DNA of 64,000 nt from Elsinoe ampelina (lineage: Eukaryota). A program made the translations under genes and the position numbers. Positions 1 through 12,853 of this stretch are shown here, one piece after another (within the stretch, counting starts at the first letter, position 1; every line of letters begins with the position of its first letter). The notes below the pieces were generated by a model. The model saw nothing but the letters and a program-made list of their open reading frames with translations. It did no database searches and was not told the DNA's origin. The stretch covers positions 1,751,356 to 1,815,355 of the forward strand of contig ML992503.1 of assembly GCA_010093995.1 (NCBI GenBank), read 5' to 3'.

Positions 1-702
1 TAGGAGATATGTACTCGTCGACGGAAATCAAAGTGATAATTGGATGATGAAAAGTGTACATGCGAAGGTGCTCGCCTCTTTCTATACAACGCACATGAGA
101 AACCCTACCTGTTGCGTGGACCTCCTCATTTCACTGGGGTTTTGCACGGTCACGGAGACACATTCGTCGTGAAAAATCGATCCGGCGGTAAGTTTAGTAT
201 AATGCCATTGATCTGAGCGCGTTGCAGCAGATTTCTTGAAGCCCTAGACCCGCAGACGAGGGTAGAGGAGTCGCACCGTCATCGCCAACACTCATCTGTT
301 TCATCTGCGTCGCCCCCGGGCATTCAAGCTTCATCATTCATGTGTGAATCATAGAGAAGCGTCTGATCGCTTCCTTGCATCGTGTGAGAGTAAGAGGTCT
401 GGGGGACTGCTGTGGGTAGGTGTGGAAGGAAAGACGAGACAGAGTGGCCAACTGTGGTTGGAGTTTCCGCAGCCACAAAGGTTCGGCGTAACCCTACCCC
501 CTCAATGTCTTTGCTTTTTCGAGTGCATGGCATATTATTAAATCACGTTTGAGCATGTATGACACGTCTATTGATGGATTGCCTTGGCCGTCCCAAAGTT
601 GGCGGTATGATAAAAATGCATGGATTCCTAGCAGACCTCAACTCCACGCTTGTTACCCACAGGAATCACAAGTATGGTTATGCTTGCCCTACTATAATTT
701 CA

Positions 703-2724
703 TCATAACCGTACGCGGCCATCCGAGGACGACTCCCCTCCGAACATACGACTGAAGAAATTCTCCCCGTTTCCCGAGCTCTCCGAGTCCATCCACTTGG
801 GTTTGCTGAAGGCATCTCCAATCTCCTGCAGCCACTGAGGTCTCTCACTCGTGTCGAAAGTATTCTTCACACGCTCACCAAAGTCCTGAAAGAAATACCT
901 GGGACTGTCGTCCTCCTCTTCCGGCGGTTGCCGCGCAGCGGGCCCGGAATTTGAGCTTCTAGAAGCGCCGCCAATAGGCAGCAATAGAGGGGCCCGACCC
1001 TCATTGTTATTTCCGCTCTCGTCGAGCGATGACCTGTCCCTGAACGATCCATCGCGAGGTGCGACTCCAAGGTTTGATGAGCGATCCTGTATTTCTCGCT
1101 CGATCAGGGCTCTCCCTTCCCGCCATCCGCTACCAGCGCCAGGTGTGTTCTCCTCACTCTCGTCATCCAGAACACCAAAACCGAATATGTTCTTGACCTT
1201 GCCATGCAGGTTGAATAGCGTTGCGACAACAGGAATCAGCACAAAGGCTGGGAAGTACTGCGAGAAGCCCTCGCCAAGTGGAGTGAGCTTGATGAGCACT
1301 CCCAGAAACTTGAAGAATGCGGTCTCCTTGAATATCGTAGGCTGCAGCATTGTGATGAAGTTATAGCTCAGTGGTACAGTGAGCTTGGCAACTTGCAGAC
1401 TGTACCAGCATGCACTCTCGCCATACGTCTGCCTCTTCACCAATGCACGATTGCCCCACACCTTCACTTCTGACATGGAATACAGCGCAGCGAAGCACAT
1501 GTAGAACAACCACGCTGCAGCGATGACCTGGCCGCCAAGTCCGACCTGGCCTCGTGAGCTGTCTGGATGATGTACGACTGTCAGTCCTACTATCGAGAGT
1601 TTCGAGCTGACAGTATGGATGACCTCCGACCAAATTAATGCGACAGAAGCCAGACCAAGTATGCCCGCCGAGCCGAGACGTATAGCGGGCAGGCCATGCG
1701 CATACAAAAGGTACCGGGTGTATGGCGTCAGCAGAGTCAACTTCGGTTTCGAAGAGCCTCGTGTGAAGAATAACCTTTTCGACCCAGCAGCGTCGATGAT
1801 GGCTTGCAGGTCAACAGATTTGTCGACCAGCCTTTGCCATTCATCTGCGAAGCGAGCATGTTTATGCCGGGCTCGCTTGAGCTTTCGTGACAGCTCTGCC
1901 ATGTATCTCTCTGTGATGACAGCAGGTATTCCAGCAGTCCCACTGCGCATGTATGCTGGCGGCCGAGCTCCTGCAGTAGTCTCCACAACCTCATCGATCC
2001 AGTCTTTGAGGTCACCCCTCGCCCCAGCTCTTTTGCCCTGTAGTTGTGCTGCCTGCGCTTCCAAAACTGCCAAATCCTCTTGTGCTTCCTCCAGCTTATC
2101 GTGAATCTTGGGCGCATGTGATTGTAGTCTCTTCAGCCTGTTCTCAGTGCTGGCGTTACGGAATAGTCGTCGAGGGATTGCGACAAGACCATGGCCCATG
2201 AGATAGATCGCCATGACCAGACCCCAAGCATAGGCAAGCGCGATGACCAGAGCTTTCAGGCTTTGCCCGCTGAACCCATTTGTGAGGAAGAAGTATACCG
2301 CCCCCAGGATTGCTACCCCAAGCACGATGAGCTGATATCGTCCATTCGACCTCAAAGAGTATATGAGGCGATCTCTAGGCTCTCTGTATCCCGAGTCGGA
2401 GTACTCTCCTAGTAGCGGAAGGACCGCCCACGTAAGGAGGAACGTTAACCAGTATGTGATTCGCCAGGCGACCAGGTTGACCCGTTGTGGCAGCCATATC
2501 CCTCGTCCTCCTTCTGTATCCGTCCCCGAAGACGAAGCAAGATCGATGGGTACCAGCAATATTATCGACAGAGGGAGAGCCAAAGCCAGAAAGACGGGTA
2601 CAAGCAGATATCCAGGTGTCGACCTCAGCGGCAGGTAATACCGTAGCAGTAACAAGACCAGAACAGAGATGGTGAGCAAGGCTAGCCCAGCAAAAACGTT
2701 CGACCCGACCGATGACGAGGCCAT
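703..2724 (-). CDS. LMBR1-domain multipass membrane protein (LMBRD2-like)
   Basis: Uninterrupted 673-aa ORF with about 9 hydrophobic helices; family-type segments 'LVPIDLASS', 'WRITYWLTFLLTWAVLPLLGEY.DSG', 'GHGLVAIPRRLF', 'LTVPLSYNF'. Confidence 0.85.
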   Translation of the reverse strand: MASSSVGSNVFAGLALLTISVLVLLLLRYYLPLRSTPGYLLVPVFLALALPLSIILLVPIDLASSSGTDTEGGRGIWLPQRVNLVAWRITYWLTFLLTWAVLPLLGEYSDSGYREPRDRLIYSLRSNGRYQLIVLGVAILGAVYFFLTNGFSGQSLKALVIALAYAWGLVMAIYLMGHGLVAIPRRLFRNASTENRLKRLQSHAPKIHDKLEEAQEDLAVLEAQAAQLQGKRAGARGDLKDWIDEVVETTAGARPPAYMRSGTAGIPAVITERYMAELSRKLKRARHKHARFADEWQRLVDKSVDLQAIIDAAGSKRLFFTRGSSKPKLTLLTPYTRYLLYAHGLPAIRLGSAGILGLASVALIWSEVIHTVSSKLSIVGLTVVHHPDSSRGQVGLGGQVIAAAWLFYMCFAALYSMSEVKVWGNRALVKRQTYGESACWYSLQVAKLTVPLSYNFITMLQPTIFKETAFFKFLGVLIKLTPLGEGFSQYFPAFVLIPVVATLFNLHGKVKNIFGFGVLDDESEENTPGAGSGWREGRALIEREIQDRSSNLGVAPRDGSFRDRSSLDESGNNNEGRAPLLLPIGGASRSSNSGPAARQPPEEEDDSPRYFFQDFGERVKNTFDTSERPQWLQEIGDAFSKPKWMDSESSGNGENFFSRMFGGESSSDGRVRL

Positions 2725-3018
2725 TGTGTTCGCATGACTTGTCGCGGGAGTATAAGGCGACGGATGATGTCGATGAGAGCGCTGGTCTGCAAATGGTCGA
2801 GGGACAGGTCAACAACATCTGACGGATGCACGCGGTAATGGTGAGATGTCCGACATGAATCGTTTCAGCCGGAATGACATCAGCAGCGAGTCAAGATGGG
2901 TGCAAACGGTGTAAACACCGTGGGCCACCCAGATATCAAGCATCTTCCGCGTCTTCCGACTCTACACCAAACATGCTCGTGATAGAAGATTCGAAGACAT
3001 GTCATTATGTGTTTTGTA

Positions 3019-4758
3019 CTATACAGCCAGGACTAGTCCCATCAATACCGAGACACCACCCGCCAACCACCACCGCAAGCCTGCCCGTTCTGCGGCCCCG
3101 GTGAATTGCGCCGGCCTCGACCCTGTCCCTGTCCCATTCACCACCGCCCCTCCAGAACCCGGCGCCAACGTCACCGACCCTCCCGACCCGCCACCAAGAC
3201 CAGAGATGATATAATTCGCAACATCACTGGGCTGTGCCGGCGCTCCTCCAGCACCTCTAAGTTGCGCTGGTACATCCGCCACGACCGAGGTAGGCGCAAT
3301 CGTCAGACCGGGTACGTTGGTGAATGCCGTCCCTACTTCGGCGATCGGGACGGTGCTGGTTCCTACGACTACAGCATTGCCGCCTGCGACTACGGAGACG
3401 GTCTGCCCGTTTGCTACGATGGCTGAGCCGCCTGGTAGAGCTGTTTGGCCGTTGACCACCAGGGCGGGAATGGTGGTAGGGACGGATGCCTGGTTTGGAG
3501 CTGGTTGCTGACCATTCTGTTGCGGAGAAGTGTTGGGGTTAGCTAGGGAAGCAGGACTGTTGCCGTTGTCGGGGTTTGCAGGGTTGTTTCCAGACTGGCC
3601 AGGCACGACGACTACGGGGTTGCTTCCGGAACCTGGAGCAGCTGGTTGGGTAGGCTGCGATTGACCTGCATTTTGACCTTGGCCAACTCCGATGATGGCG
3701 GAGATGAGTCCGCCGATGCCACCCGGCTGCTGGCCTGGCTGCTGGGGCTGGCTGGGATTGCCGTTACCTGGATTCTGTGGAGTGGGGGCCGGAGCAGGAC
3801 CAGCGACAGTGGTAGCCGGGGCTGCTGGAGGCGGTTGAGGTGAGTTACCTGGAGCAGGGGCACCGGCCGGCGGAGTCGGCGCGGGTTGCTCTGGCTGCTG
3901 CGGCGCGGCGGGCGGTGGTTGTTGTGGATTTCCTGGTTGAGGGGATGGCGCGACTGGGGCCGCACCTGGCAAAGTGCGGACCGACGTGAGATAGTTCGCA
4001 GCTGTCAGAGTGTTGGGAGATGTCTCGAAGCTGACTTTTGTACCGCATTGACGGATGACATCTTCTGCTGGGTAGTAGCTGCTCAGCTGTGGCATCAGAC
4101 GGTACGTGCGAGTGTATGTTCCGGTGGATACGCCAGTGACGCTGACCGCGACAACACTGGTGTAGGTGACGGTCGTCTCTGAGAGCTCGCCAGAATAGAT
4201 GGTCCCTGGGCCAGTGAGATACGAGTTGCGGTAGGTGAGGCATTTGGATGATCCATTAGAATAGATGGTCGAGAAGATACCCTCTGCACCGAAGCGGATA
4301 CCAGCATCAAGGTACGTTGCGGGATAGGTGACGGTGGCATCTGATGTGTAGTACGAGTTGACGCCTGCCAATTGCTCAATGTTTGGAAAATTCCCAATGA
4401 GACGGCAATTCTCATCCACTCCTTGAATACGCTGTGCCCCTCCCAGACGATTGAGGTAGTAGTCTGTCAAGACTTGAGTGTTGCAGTCAATCGAGGTTGT
4501 AGTCTGATTGCTGGTCGGGTTGACGACCAGATATGTGGTAGCCAGTGCCGGTATGGATGAATTGGTCTTCCATGTTGCGTATGCTGGTTGGAGAGTCAAG
4601 ACGCAGTCTGGCTTGCATTCTGATAGCAAGGACGATGTGAGTGAGGACAGAAACGTGTTGACTGGTGAAGCGCTCGATACGGTCGAAGTGACTAGGAGAG
4701 GTTAGGGTCAGCCAAAGGCGTTATATTGCTTGACCGGTTGCCCTGACTTACTCGACAT
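3019..4758 (-). CDS. Putative GPI-anchored, Pro/Gln/Gly-rich cell-surface protein
   Basis: ATG at 4758, 7-nt exon, GTAAGT...CTAAC...CTAG intron 4751-4692, then in frame with ORF 3019..4629. Cys-containing N-domain, P/Q/G low-complexity stalk, 'VNGQT/ANGQT' repeats, GPI-like tail 'FTGAAERAGLRWWLAGGVSVLMGLVLAV'. Confidence 0.7.
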
Positions 4759-5580
4759 ATTGGAGTGGGGCACAATTCACCGCTACCACCAGTGCGGGAC
4801 CTGCTACTTTGCGATGCTATCTGTCCTCGCGCTCTATCTTCCCCAATCAAGCGTGATTACTGTGGGCGAACCACGGCTGTGAAGAATCCCGAACGAGTGA
4901 CCAGATGAGAGATGTAACAGAGTAGGAAAAGACTACCACCTTTGCGTCAGCGCCCTTGCAGGCTTTTGAGGCGCACTCATGCCATGCATGGGCAGCCTAA
5001 AAATAAGCAGCGGCACATCATGATCATCATCTGCAGGCTCTCGAAAGGCGTCGCCCGCACCGGCCTTTGTTCCCTGTACCTGTCGTTACATCCGCCACAG
5101 ATTTGCTGACAAGGACGAGCAAGATCTTCACACGCTACTCGTCGGGCATATGCCAAACTACTCGTGCGTTGGTACAGGCGACCTGACAGAGTTTTTCGGT
5201 GCTGACGGCGGGAGGAGAGTCTTCGCTTGAGAGCGGACCTCGTTGGCTAGTCAAGACGGCGATCGACGAACTCGGTCCTTTTTCGAACGAATCAGTCCCA
5301 CGTTTCAGGAGACCAACATGGCTCGGCGCGTGTTCCTGCATGCACTACTGTACTGCTGCCTCAGGATAGCGCCCAGTCGTTGGCCACGTCCAGCGCGAAG
5401 GCCCGAGGCGTCTTCGCGCGATGCTCTCATCAAAGATTTTTGACTTTACTTCTGCATCTCTACTCTTCCCCTCAAGTTTAGTGATGGATGGAGCAGGAAA
5501 AGTGATGATATCCATCTTCAAGTCTCTGCATTGACATTGCATCATCACTTATAGGCTTCCATATCACTCCAGACCGACCG

Positions 5581-7050
5581 CTACTTGGTAGTAGCATCCT
5601 TTACGTAACGACCAGTGACCCGCCGAATCGACTTCCCGTACCAAAAGATTGGAAGACCCAGCAAACCGAACAAAGCGGTCAGGCCGCCGAATGCGCCAAA
5701 GGCATCATCGTATCCAGCATTCTCAATGAATGGCGCGATACCGCAGCTGACACCAAAGTAGATGATACCTCTAAAAGCACAAATGATGACCAGCAACGGC
5801 CCCGTTCTCGCCGGATAGCTGTCAAGCAGGTATGTAATGGCGACAATGTTCGCTGCCAAGAAGCAGAAATAGTACGCCGCGAGTACCCACGCGTACAAGA
5901 ACCAATGGTCTTTCCCGGATTGGCTGCTCCTTGGCCGTACAACACAGCTGTAAAGACACCAACAACGATTGGAAGGGCCAACGTCAGAATGCGGTTCTCC
6001 GGCTCATGGACACCACCATTGCGTTTTGCCATGGCTTTGATGAGCTTGTCGGATGCCAGCTCGAGGATCGGCAGAGCAGCGAGCGCAGTGACGATCTGAC
6101 CATCCGGGGTGCGTAACTGTCGTAGTCGAGTGCCGGGTTTTCGGTGCAGATGATCGGCTGCGATGGGATCCGTTCAAGATCGTTCGCTGTAGATGCAGAG
6201 GCCGTCTCTTGATAGCTCAGTACCGAGCGGCTGTACTTGGTCTCTGGCAGCAGGAAGATCGAGAAGACGAGGACTACCGCTGCTAGAATGCCGCCAAGGT
6301 AGTACCACCATCTGGGTGTGATAGCGGCTGCGATTGGGCTTGTCAGCAAGACCCAGATTGCGCATGTGATAGTCTGTATCGTGTTCTGGATCACCAGGCA
6401 AGTCCCTCTTTCGTGTAAGAAGAAGATTTCCCGTCTCTAATCAGCTTCATATTTCGTCCTAAATCCCTATCTTCACTCACCTGTGTCATCATCGGTACCA
6501 AGGCCTCGCTTTGTCCCGCAGCCAATCCGAGCACTATTCTTGCACCCAGGCGCCACTCATACGTCTTTTCCTCCACGCAAAGGCACGCGGCGATCACCAG
6601 AACGGTGCAGGAGACGAGAAAACCCACACGACGTCCAACAGCATAGGCAACAGGAATGCCGATCAGGTTGCTGATACCCATGAAGGGAGTCGGGTCTGTC
6701 ATCAACGCCGTGATGTCCGCGTACACCTTCCCTACTGCCGCGTACGTCGGAATGTAGAAGCTGAGAAGACCACCCCGCCCCGACACCAATGCGAGACCAA
6801 GGGTGGAGACTATCCTCGTCAGTACCAGCCTCATCCCACTCTTGACAGACTTGCACAAAAAGATAAGCACCAACAGCACACTCTTATTGCCAAAGCTTCA
6901 TCTTCGACGGATCTGTCACGCGTCAGTCAAACCCCCCTGCACTCACCGCCCGTGGACACCTACCCTGAGGATCCGCCCAAGGAGTCGGCACATAAACAAC
7001 CCTATCCCCCTCCGCCGCCGCCTCTGTCAACTTCACCGTGTCGGGAAGAA
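5581..7050 (-). pseudogene. Decayed HOL1/DHA1-type MFS transporter
   Basis: Motifs 'VYVPTPWADPQ', 'LGLAAGQSEALVPMMTQ/EIFFLHERG', 'NGGVHEPENR', 'TYLLDSYP' are spread over several frames. In-frame TAA at 6884-6886, frameshifts near 6100 and 5910, expected AG acceptor reads GG near 6432, central part apparently missing. Confidence 0.8.
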
Positions 7051-7711
7051 GTTTTGCTCAACGATGGGGATGCTGAGCATACCGAAAACTCCCCAGCGAT
7101 GATACAACAACCACTGTCAGCTTTCCCGGGCACTCTCTCGACGTGGAATCAAGAATTGCGGCACGAGAAATTGGAGCTTTCTAGGCAGGGTGGCACTCCT
7201 TTTGAGGGGTACAACATAGAAGATCTATGTGACAGAGCAAGGTTCGCTGTGTACACTTGCTTCATGCCTGTTGCAGATGCTACCACGGAAGATCTCAAGA
7301 GGAAGAAGGATGCCTTTGATCGTAAATGCTTGCCTGAATCGGTCGTGACTAAGATTGCTGATGATGGTAGGACGAGTCGGGAGTATACACTGGCCCAACG
7401 CGAGGCACATGGGGAGTAATGTCACGACGAAGGATGGGAAGCCTGATCCGCGTAACAGTGAGAAGCCTGTCATGGAGCCCGTGCGGTCTGAAAGGGCGTT
7501 TAGGCTGACTGGGATATCCTATATTGCTCAGAGAGAAGCGGAGGAGAGACAGTAAGGGATGAAAGCTCAAGACGGATAGGCGATGGTCATTACTACTGTG
7601 GTCAGTTCCGTGTCTAGTCAGACATGCATCCCAAACAGTCTGCTCGTAAGAAGTCATCCAAGACATGCATGCCGCGTCAGTCTCGCATGTACCTCGCCTG
7701 GAACTCGCCTC

Positions 7712-7756
7712 AAGCTTTGTGTACAGACAGCAAAAAGCTTTGTGTACAGACAGCAA
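7712..7756 (+). repeat. Perfect 22-bp direct repeat, 23-bp period (AAGCTTTGTGTACAGACAGCAA x2)
   Basis: Copies at 7712-7733 and 7735-7756. Confidence 0.9.
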
Positions 7757-8017
7757 CTTAGCGTCATTCGCATCCACGGCGGTGGCGTTTGTGAAGCAGC
7801 TAACACGCGCCCACGAATGCTTGGTCCCCGCCATGATCCTGGATTCACTTGTTCCCATGCAGCGGGCAAAGATGTTCGATACAGAAGGGACAGCACAAGA
7901 CTACTACCGTCATGTTTTGCGAAGACTGACACCCCCGGCAACAGAAATCAAGGTGAATCAAGAGAATTATCAATTACCATCTTCCCATACCTATCGTACA
8001 ACCCCCTCTCCACCACC

Positions 8018-9235
8018 CTAAACCCTCCCCCCCAGGCCCTTGTACAGCCCCTCTCTACTCTCCGACCTCGCATGCCCCCCATCCTCCAGCCTCGTCCAAC
8101 TATCATTCTTATACGCCACCTGCACCTCTGTCGTCTTCTTGACCCCCATCCCCATGGCCGCCATCGTGCCCGCAGACCGATTACTCATGTGGCCCAAATG
8201 CAGGGAATTCGCCGTGTGCACGACGACTTTCGGGTTGGCGTAGCTGCTGCCGATACCGCCGCCGCCGCCGCTGCGTGAGTCGAGGCGGCCTTGGAAGAGT
8301 GGGCGGAGGGTAGCGGCGCATGCGGCGGTGATGCCTAGGCCGACTTCGAGGGAGGAGAGGATGGCGACTTCGGTCGTGTCGTAGAGAAAGTTACCTTTGT
8401 AGTGATTCATGGTGTGGAGGTAGGGGATGCGGACTATGGTTGCGACGCAGGCGCTGGGGGTGGTTAGACTGCGGGGAAAAGGGGTGGAGGGAGGAAAGGC
8501 CTTACATTGACGCGACGCCGAGGAGGACGCAGACGAGGTAGCGAGCTTTCTTGCTCATGGTTGTTTGGCGGAGGATGAACATGGGGAGGACGGCAAAGGC
8601 GATGTCGGCTGAGGCGTTGAGGACGGAAATGGCGTAGGCGAAGATGGTGAAGACGGTGGCGTTGATGCAGGTGCCTGTGCTGGTTGGGGAGAGGTCCCAC
8701 CAGAAGGAGACGGGGCGGCATTGGTTGATGGTGATGAGCATCCAGAGAAGACCGAAGAGGATGCTGCCGGCCATGAAGAAGCGGATGATCCACATTTGGA
8801 TGCGTTTGACTGCGATGCGGGAGAGGAAGAGGCCGACGGAGACTTTGAGCATGGATGTGGCAGGGGAGTAGAAGACCTCGCACAACCACCAGTACTGTTG
8901 GATGTTAGGATGAAAGTTTGGCATCGGTCTGGACGACTTACCTTGAGGGCGACCTGTGCATCGGCGTCCTTGAGGTCTTTACGTTGTTTTCCAGTACCAA
9001 ACCTAACACCTCCAATGGCACAGCCAAGGAATGCGACATAGAAGAGGAGCGTGGCCAGCATGGTATAGTCGTCGGCGCCTACAGCCTTGATCATGAAGAG
9101 CCTATGTCATCAGACAGTGTACTTAGGGCAGAGAAGTAGTACTCACCTGACATACACGCGGAGGCTCATGGCAACGACCGTCACGATCAACATGACGATC
9201 GCCACAGCAAGAACCTCTTGAGATCTGTCGTCCAT
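8018..9235 (-). CDS. PTH11-like integral membrane protein (fungal rhodopsin domain, no CFEM)
   Basis: Multi-exon gene: MDDRSQEVLAVAIVMLIVTVVAMSLRVYVR, 'GADDY', 'KVSVGLFLSRI', 'QCRPVSFWWD', 'SSLEVGLGITAACAATLRPLF'; GT-AG introns. Confidence 0.88.
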
Positions 9236-11034
9236 GATGTATTGGAATGAGAGTGTCCGACAGTGTCGTTTTCGAATGCGACGGCTGTGGTGGAGTCTTT
9301 GAGATGGCGACACCTGCAGAGATATATTTGTTTCCGCCTCAAGCAGATGATCCCTCTACCAAGTCCCAGAAGATAGGCAAGCCAGCAGCCATTCAGCGTC
9401 CACGACAGATCCCAAGTCAGGGGTCAGGTCGACTAAAAGGGACTATCGACTGACCAAATGCGATCCTCTGCCTAGTATCTTGGGCGTCAAGATGATCACA
9501 GACCATGGACAAGTCGTGACCAGGGTTAAGTTAACCAGGACGAAATGTCTTCCTCCAAGCAATGGGGTCAAAGGGAAGATCAGGTACGACTACCTGTTGA
9601 GCGTCCGAGCTCGACATGGCCTCCAGACCACCGAGGTGATGGTTGAAGCTTGTTCAGATTTTGCAGCTGCGAACACTGTGGATGGTTCTTTGAGCCAGGG
9701 TACTCGGTAGGTAGCTCGGGGGAATCTCCGCCAGCAGAGCGGGAATTATTCGACCCGAGGCATCATGTCTCTGCTGCTCCTGTCAATATTTAGTTGATGG
9801 ATGTTGCTGTTCATACCAACGAGTGTGGGAGTAGCCAGCAGTCTGCCCTACCGTGAGCGATGGACGTTCACCAACACGAGTCGCAACAACCAGCTTCAGG
9901 ACCCAAGCGAATGGAAGCGTCCCCTCGGTCCTCAGCAGGAGACCCAGAAACCGGTGCGCAGCGAGCTTGGGCGCTGAGAGAAGAGATCATCCTGCATGAT
10001 CGACAAGGCCTTCAAAGGAGCCGGCGTGACGGATCGCTCGAGCCTGGACCATCAGTGACAGGGGTCGCCATGTCCCTGCCCTGATCACACATCACGCAAG
10101 CCGATCCGACGCGTCTGGTAAACTCTTTTCATCACCCGGAAAACCACACATGGCCGTGTCAAAGTCGCGCGGGCCAAGTTCGGCGGACGATCACGAGCAT
10201 GTTTCACCCTGAGACGCGCTGTCGACCTGTGCACCTCTGCACGAGGCTCTTAAGATACCGCATGTGGACAACACGGCTCTTGACAGCAATGGACCTGACT
10301 CGTTCGTGCACATCCCGGACCGTGAGCTATGCACAACCACCTCTCTGCCGTGCTGCACCGGACTCCGCTTCTGGATATGCCCCTCCCATGAACGACAGTA
10401 CAGGCGGACTAGCAGGTCAACCCCCCATCGTAACAGGGCTTGATGGCTCTCTCTTCATCTATTGATCATGCAAAACAGGCTAGCCAAGCATGCAGCCATT
10501 GCTATTCCCGTACCATTGCACGCACGACCTCTTCTCCTCACTTGAAGATCAAGTCCTCGATGCTAGAGCAACCTTGACCGGACAGACGGAGATGCTTCAG
10601 AATACGAGATTCTCTGATCCGGGATTGGTGAGATCAGTATCTCGAGTCAGTATGTCAGCTTGCTCTCCTGTGCCGCTATAGCGGCCTGCACTACCCACGC
10701 CGCGCACCAGCATATCCTGACTCCAGAAGTCCATGTTCACAATCAGGTGCATCACGAAGAGGTCTGACAACCATGATCCACTGACTCCAGTGACGACGAC
10801 GTTTTCCGCAACGAGCTCGACATTCCTCTTGTAGCCAAGCGGCCTACCAAACAAAGACTCACGTGCTAGCCGATATGGACGAATGCGAATCTCAGGTCCA
10901 TCTGAGACTCTTCCCCAACAAGCTCTCACAGCAAAACACACGACGATCCATGGCTATCCAACGGCACAAGCAATGCATTCGCGGGTAACAGCCCCTCCTC
11001 CATCCCTCCCCGACGGCAACACAACCGTCTCCAA

Positions 11035-12812
11035 CTAAAGGTACACAAGCAATGCCTCGGACGCTTGCAAACTGAAGCTGGCACTTCCCCCGGTCACAGT
11101 GGCCGACTCAGTGACCGCCGCGCCCTGAATCGCACACGTCCCGTCAACAAACGTCTGCCCTCCCACAGTTGGTTTCTGACCCCTGTCCTGCCTCGACTCT
11201 GCCGACGCAGCCGTTAGCCTTTTAGCCTTCACACTTGCGCCGCTCAGGCCAGTCAGAGTGAATGTCTCGCTCGATCTACTTCCGGTGCCGGAGTAGTAGT
11301 TCGAGTTGACGAGCAGGACTTTCTTGACCGTCGTGCCGGAGTAGATGGCGTAGGCGCCGAAGCTGTTCGAGCCGCTGTCGAGCTGGGCGACCTGGGAGGA
11401 ACCGGCGAGGGCTAGTGTGGCGAAGTAGGCGCCGTAGTAGGGCGCGCCCATGGAGTAGCGGCCCCACCAGCAGTACTGGCCTGTGTTACTGTTAGCTCCT
11501 GGTCATGTAAGCACGGGAAGGTTGATTGACAGTTGCCGATAGTTCCTTGATGGAAGTAGAGAGACTGGCAAGGTCAGTGCTGGCTCATGCTGCATGGTCT
11601 GTTCACTCACGTCCAAGCCTAGGATGACTGATTGGATGACATAGTCGAGCACCCACAGCGCTGCGCCAAACGTCGGACTGATACCGCCTCCTCCCTGGGT
11701 AGCTTCACGAGTTAGCTTCGCCCTGTATCCTGCTCGCACTACCCGTGAACCTACCAGAGTTGGTCTCCCCCATGAGATAGGTCTTCCCTTGACTCTTCGC
11801 GGTGTTGTATTCCGCTCGATACGGCGAAATCTGCTGGCCGATAATAGCATGATTCATCAGCCTGGTTAGGTTGAAATTGGGTGACGATTGCGGGTAGTTG
11901 TGCGAGCAGTAGTCCTTGACATGTGGCAAAGCACTACCCTCTCGGGCCGCGAGCCCCTGGATGTTGAACGAGTTTGTGCCGAAATACACGCCCGCTGAGA
12001 AGATGCTGCTCTTGCCCAGCGCGGGTCCGATGGCGTTTTGCCATGATACTTGGGAGTCGAAGTCTTTGCTGGCACTCCAGGATCCGCCGGCAATGGGGTC
12101 AGACGACGAGAAGACTGAAAAGTCAGCGATGGACACTGCGTGAGCTCATTCGTATCATACAGTTCGGCTCATTCCCGAGCTCAATGGCCTGTAGGTTTGT
12201 CACAGCCGAGACCGCCTCCTTTGCAGCAGCCAGCGTGTTCGGCTGGTTGTTCAGCCTGCGATTTAGACCTAGTCGTTCCATCAGCCTCGACCTCCCCATC
12301 CGCTCTTGACATACACACCAATCGTCACTTTCCCAGCATACTTCCCAGCCAAGCTCAAAAACGACGGACCAAACGTCAACGTCGCCGGCGCATCCTTCGG
12401 ATGAGCAACGCTGTAAACAACCGCCTCGGTCTGCGAAGGATTATACGTCGCTCGATCCCTAACCACCATCAGCACCCCTTCCTCACAGCCACGCACACAA
12501 AACCCACTGAGTCGTCCCCCCAATCCTGATAGGCGGCCATGTCCCCGTCAAATCCCTCAGATTACTCAAGCATTTCGACGTCGACGCAAGCTGGTTATAC
12601 CCGGGCCAAGTGAAGAACTCGATCCTATCTCCGTGTCAACATCCAAATGTTTCCCCAAACCCTCGTGCAAGAACGTACGACACCCCGACCGGCGCCGGCG
12701 CCAACAACGGGCTCGCGTTCCCCGGCGGCGACGCAGGGACAGCGAACGAACTCGCCGCCTCGACGGCAGAGAGGTAGGCGAGGAGCGCCGCGGCGGTGGT
12801 CGTTGTCAACAT
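11035..12812 (-). CDS. Secreted glycoside hydrolase family 79 (beta-glucuronidase-like)
   Basis: Signal peptide MLTTTTAAALLAYLSAVEA. Spliced motifs 'IRIGGTTQ', 'IELGNEPN' (acid/base), 'MGETNS' (nucleophile), 'FGAALWVLDY', 'YFHQGT', 'PYYGAYFA'; several introns. Confidence 0.88.
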
Positions 12813-12836
12813 TGTCAGTCTCGGTCCTTACAGTCT

Positions 12837-12853
12837 CGGTGCTCACAGGCCCG
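12837..12853. promoter_or_regulatory. CGG-N11-CCG Zn2Cys6-type site near GH79 start
   Basis: CGG TGCTCACAGGC CCG, 25-41 bp upstream of the ATG. It lies downstream of a TATATA at ~12945, so it may be in the 5' UTR. Confidence 0.3.

Noticed and set aside
1..250. Possible 3' end of a + strand gene (open frame 2, GTAAGT...CAG intron-like segment ~188-227)
   Set aside because: Truncated by the window edge with no recognisable motif.
10500..10941. Minus-strand 114-aa ORF as a possible gene remnant
   Set aside because: No ATG start, motif or splice support.
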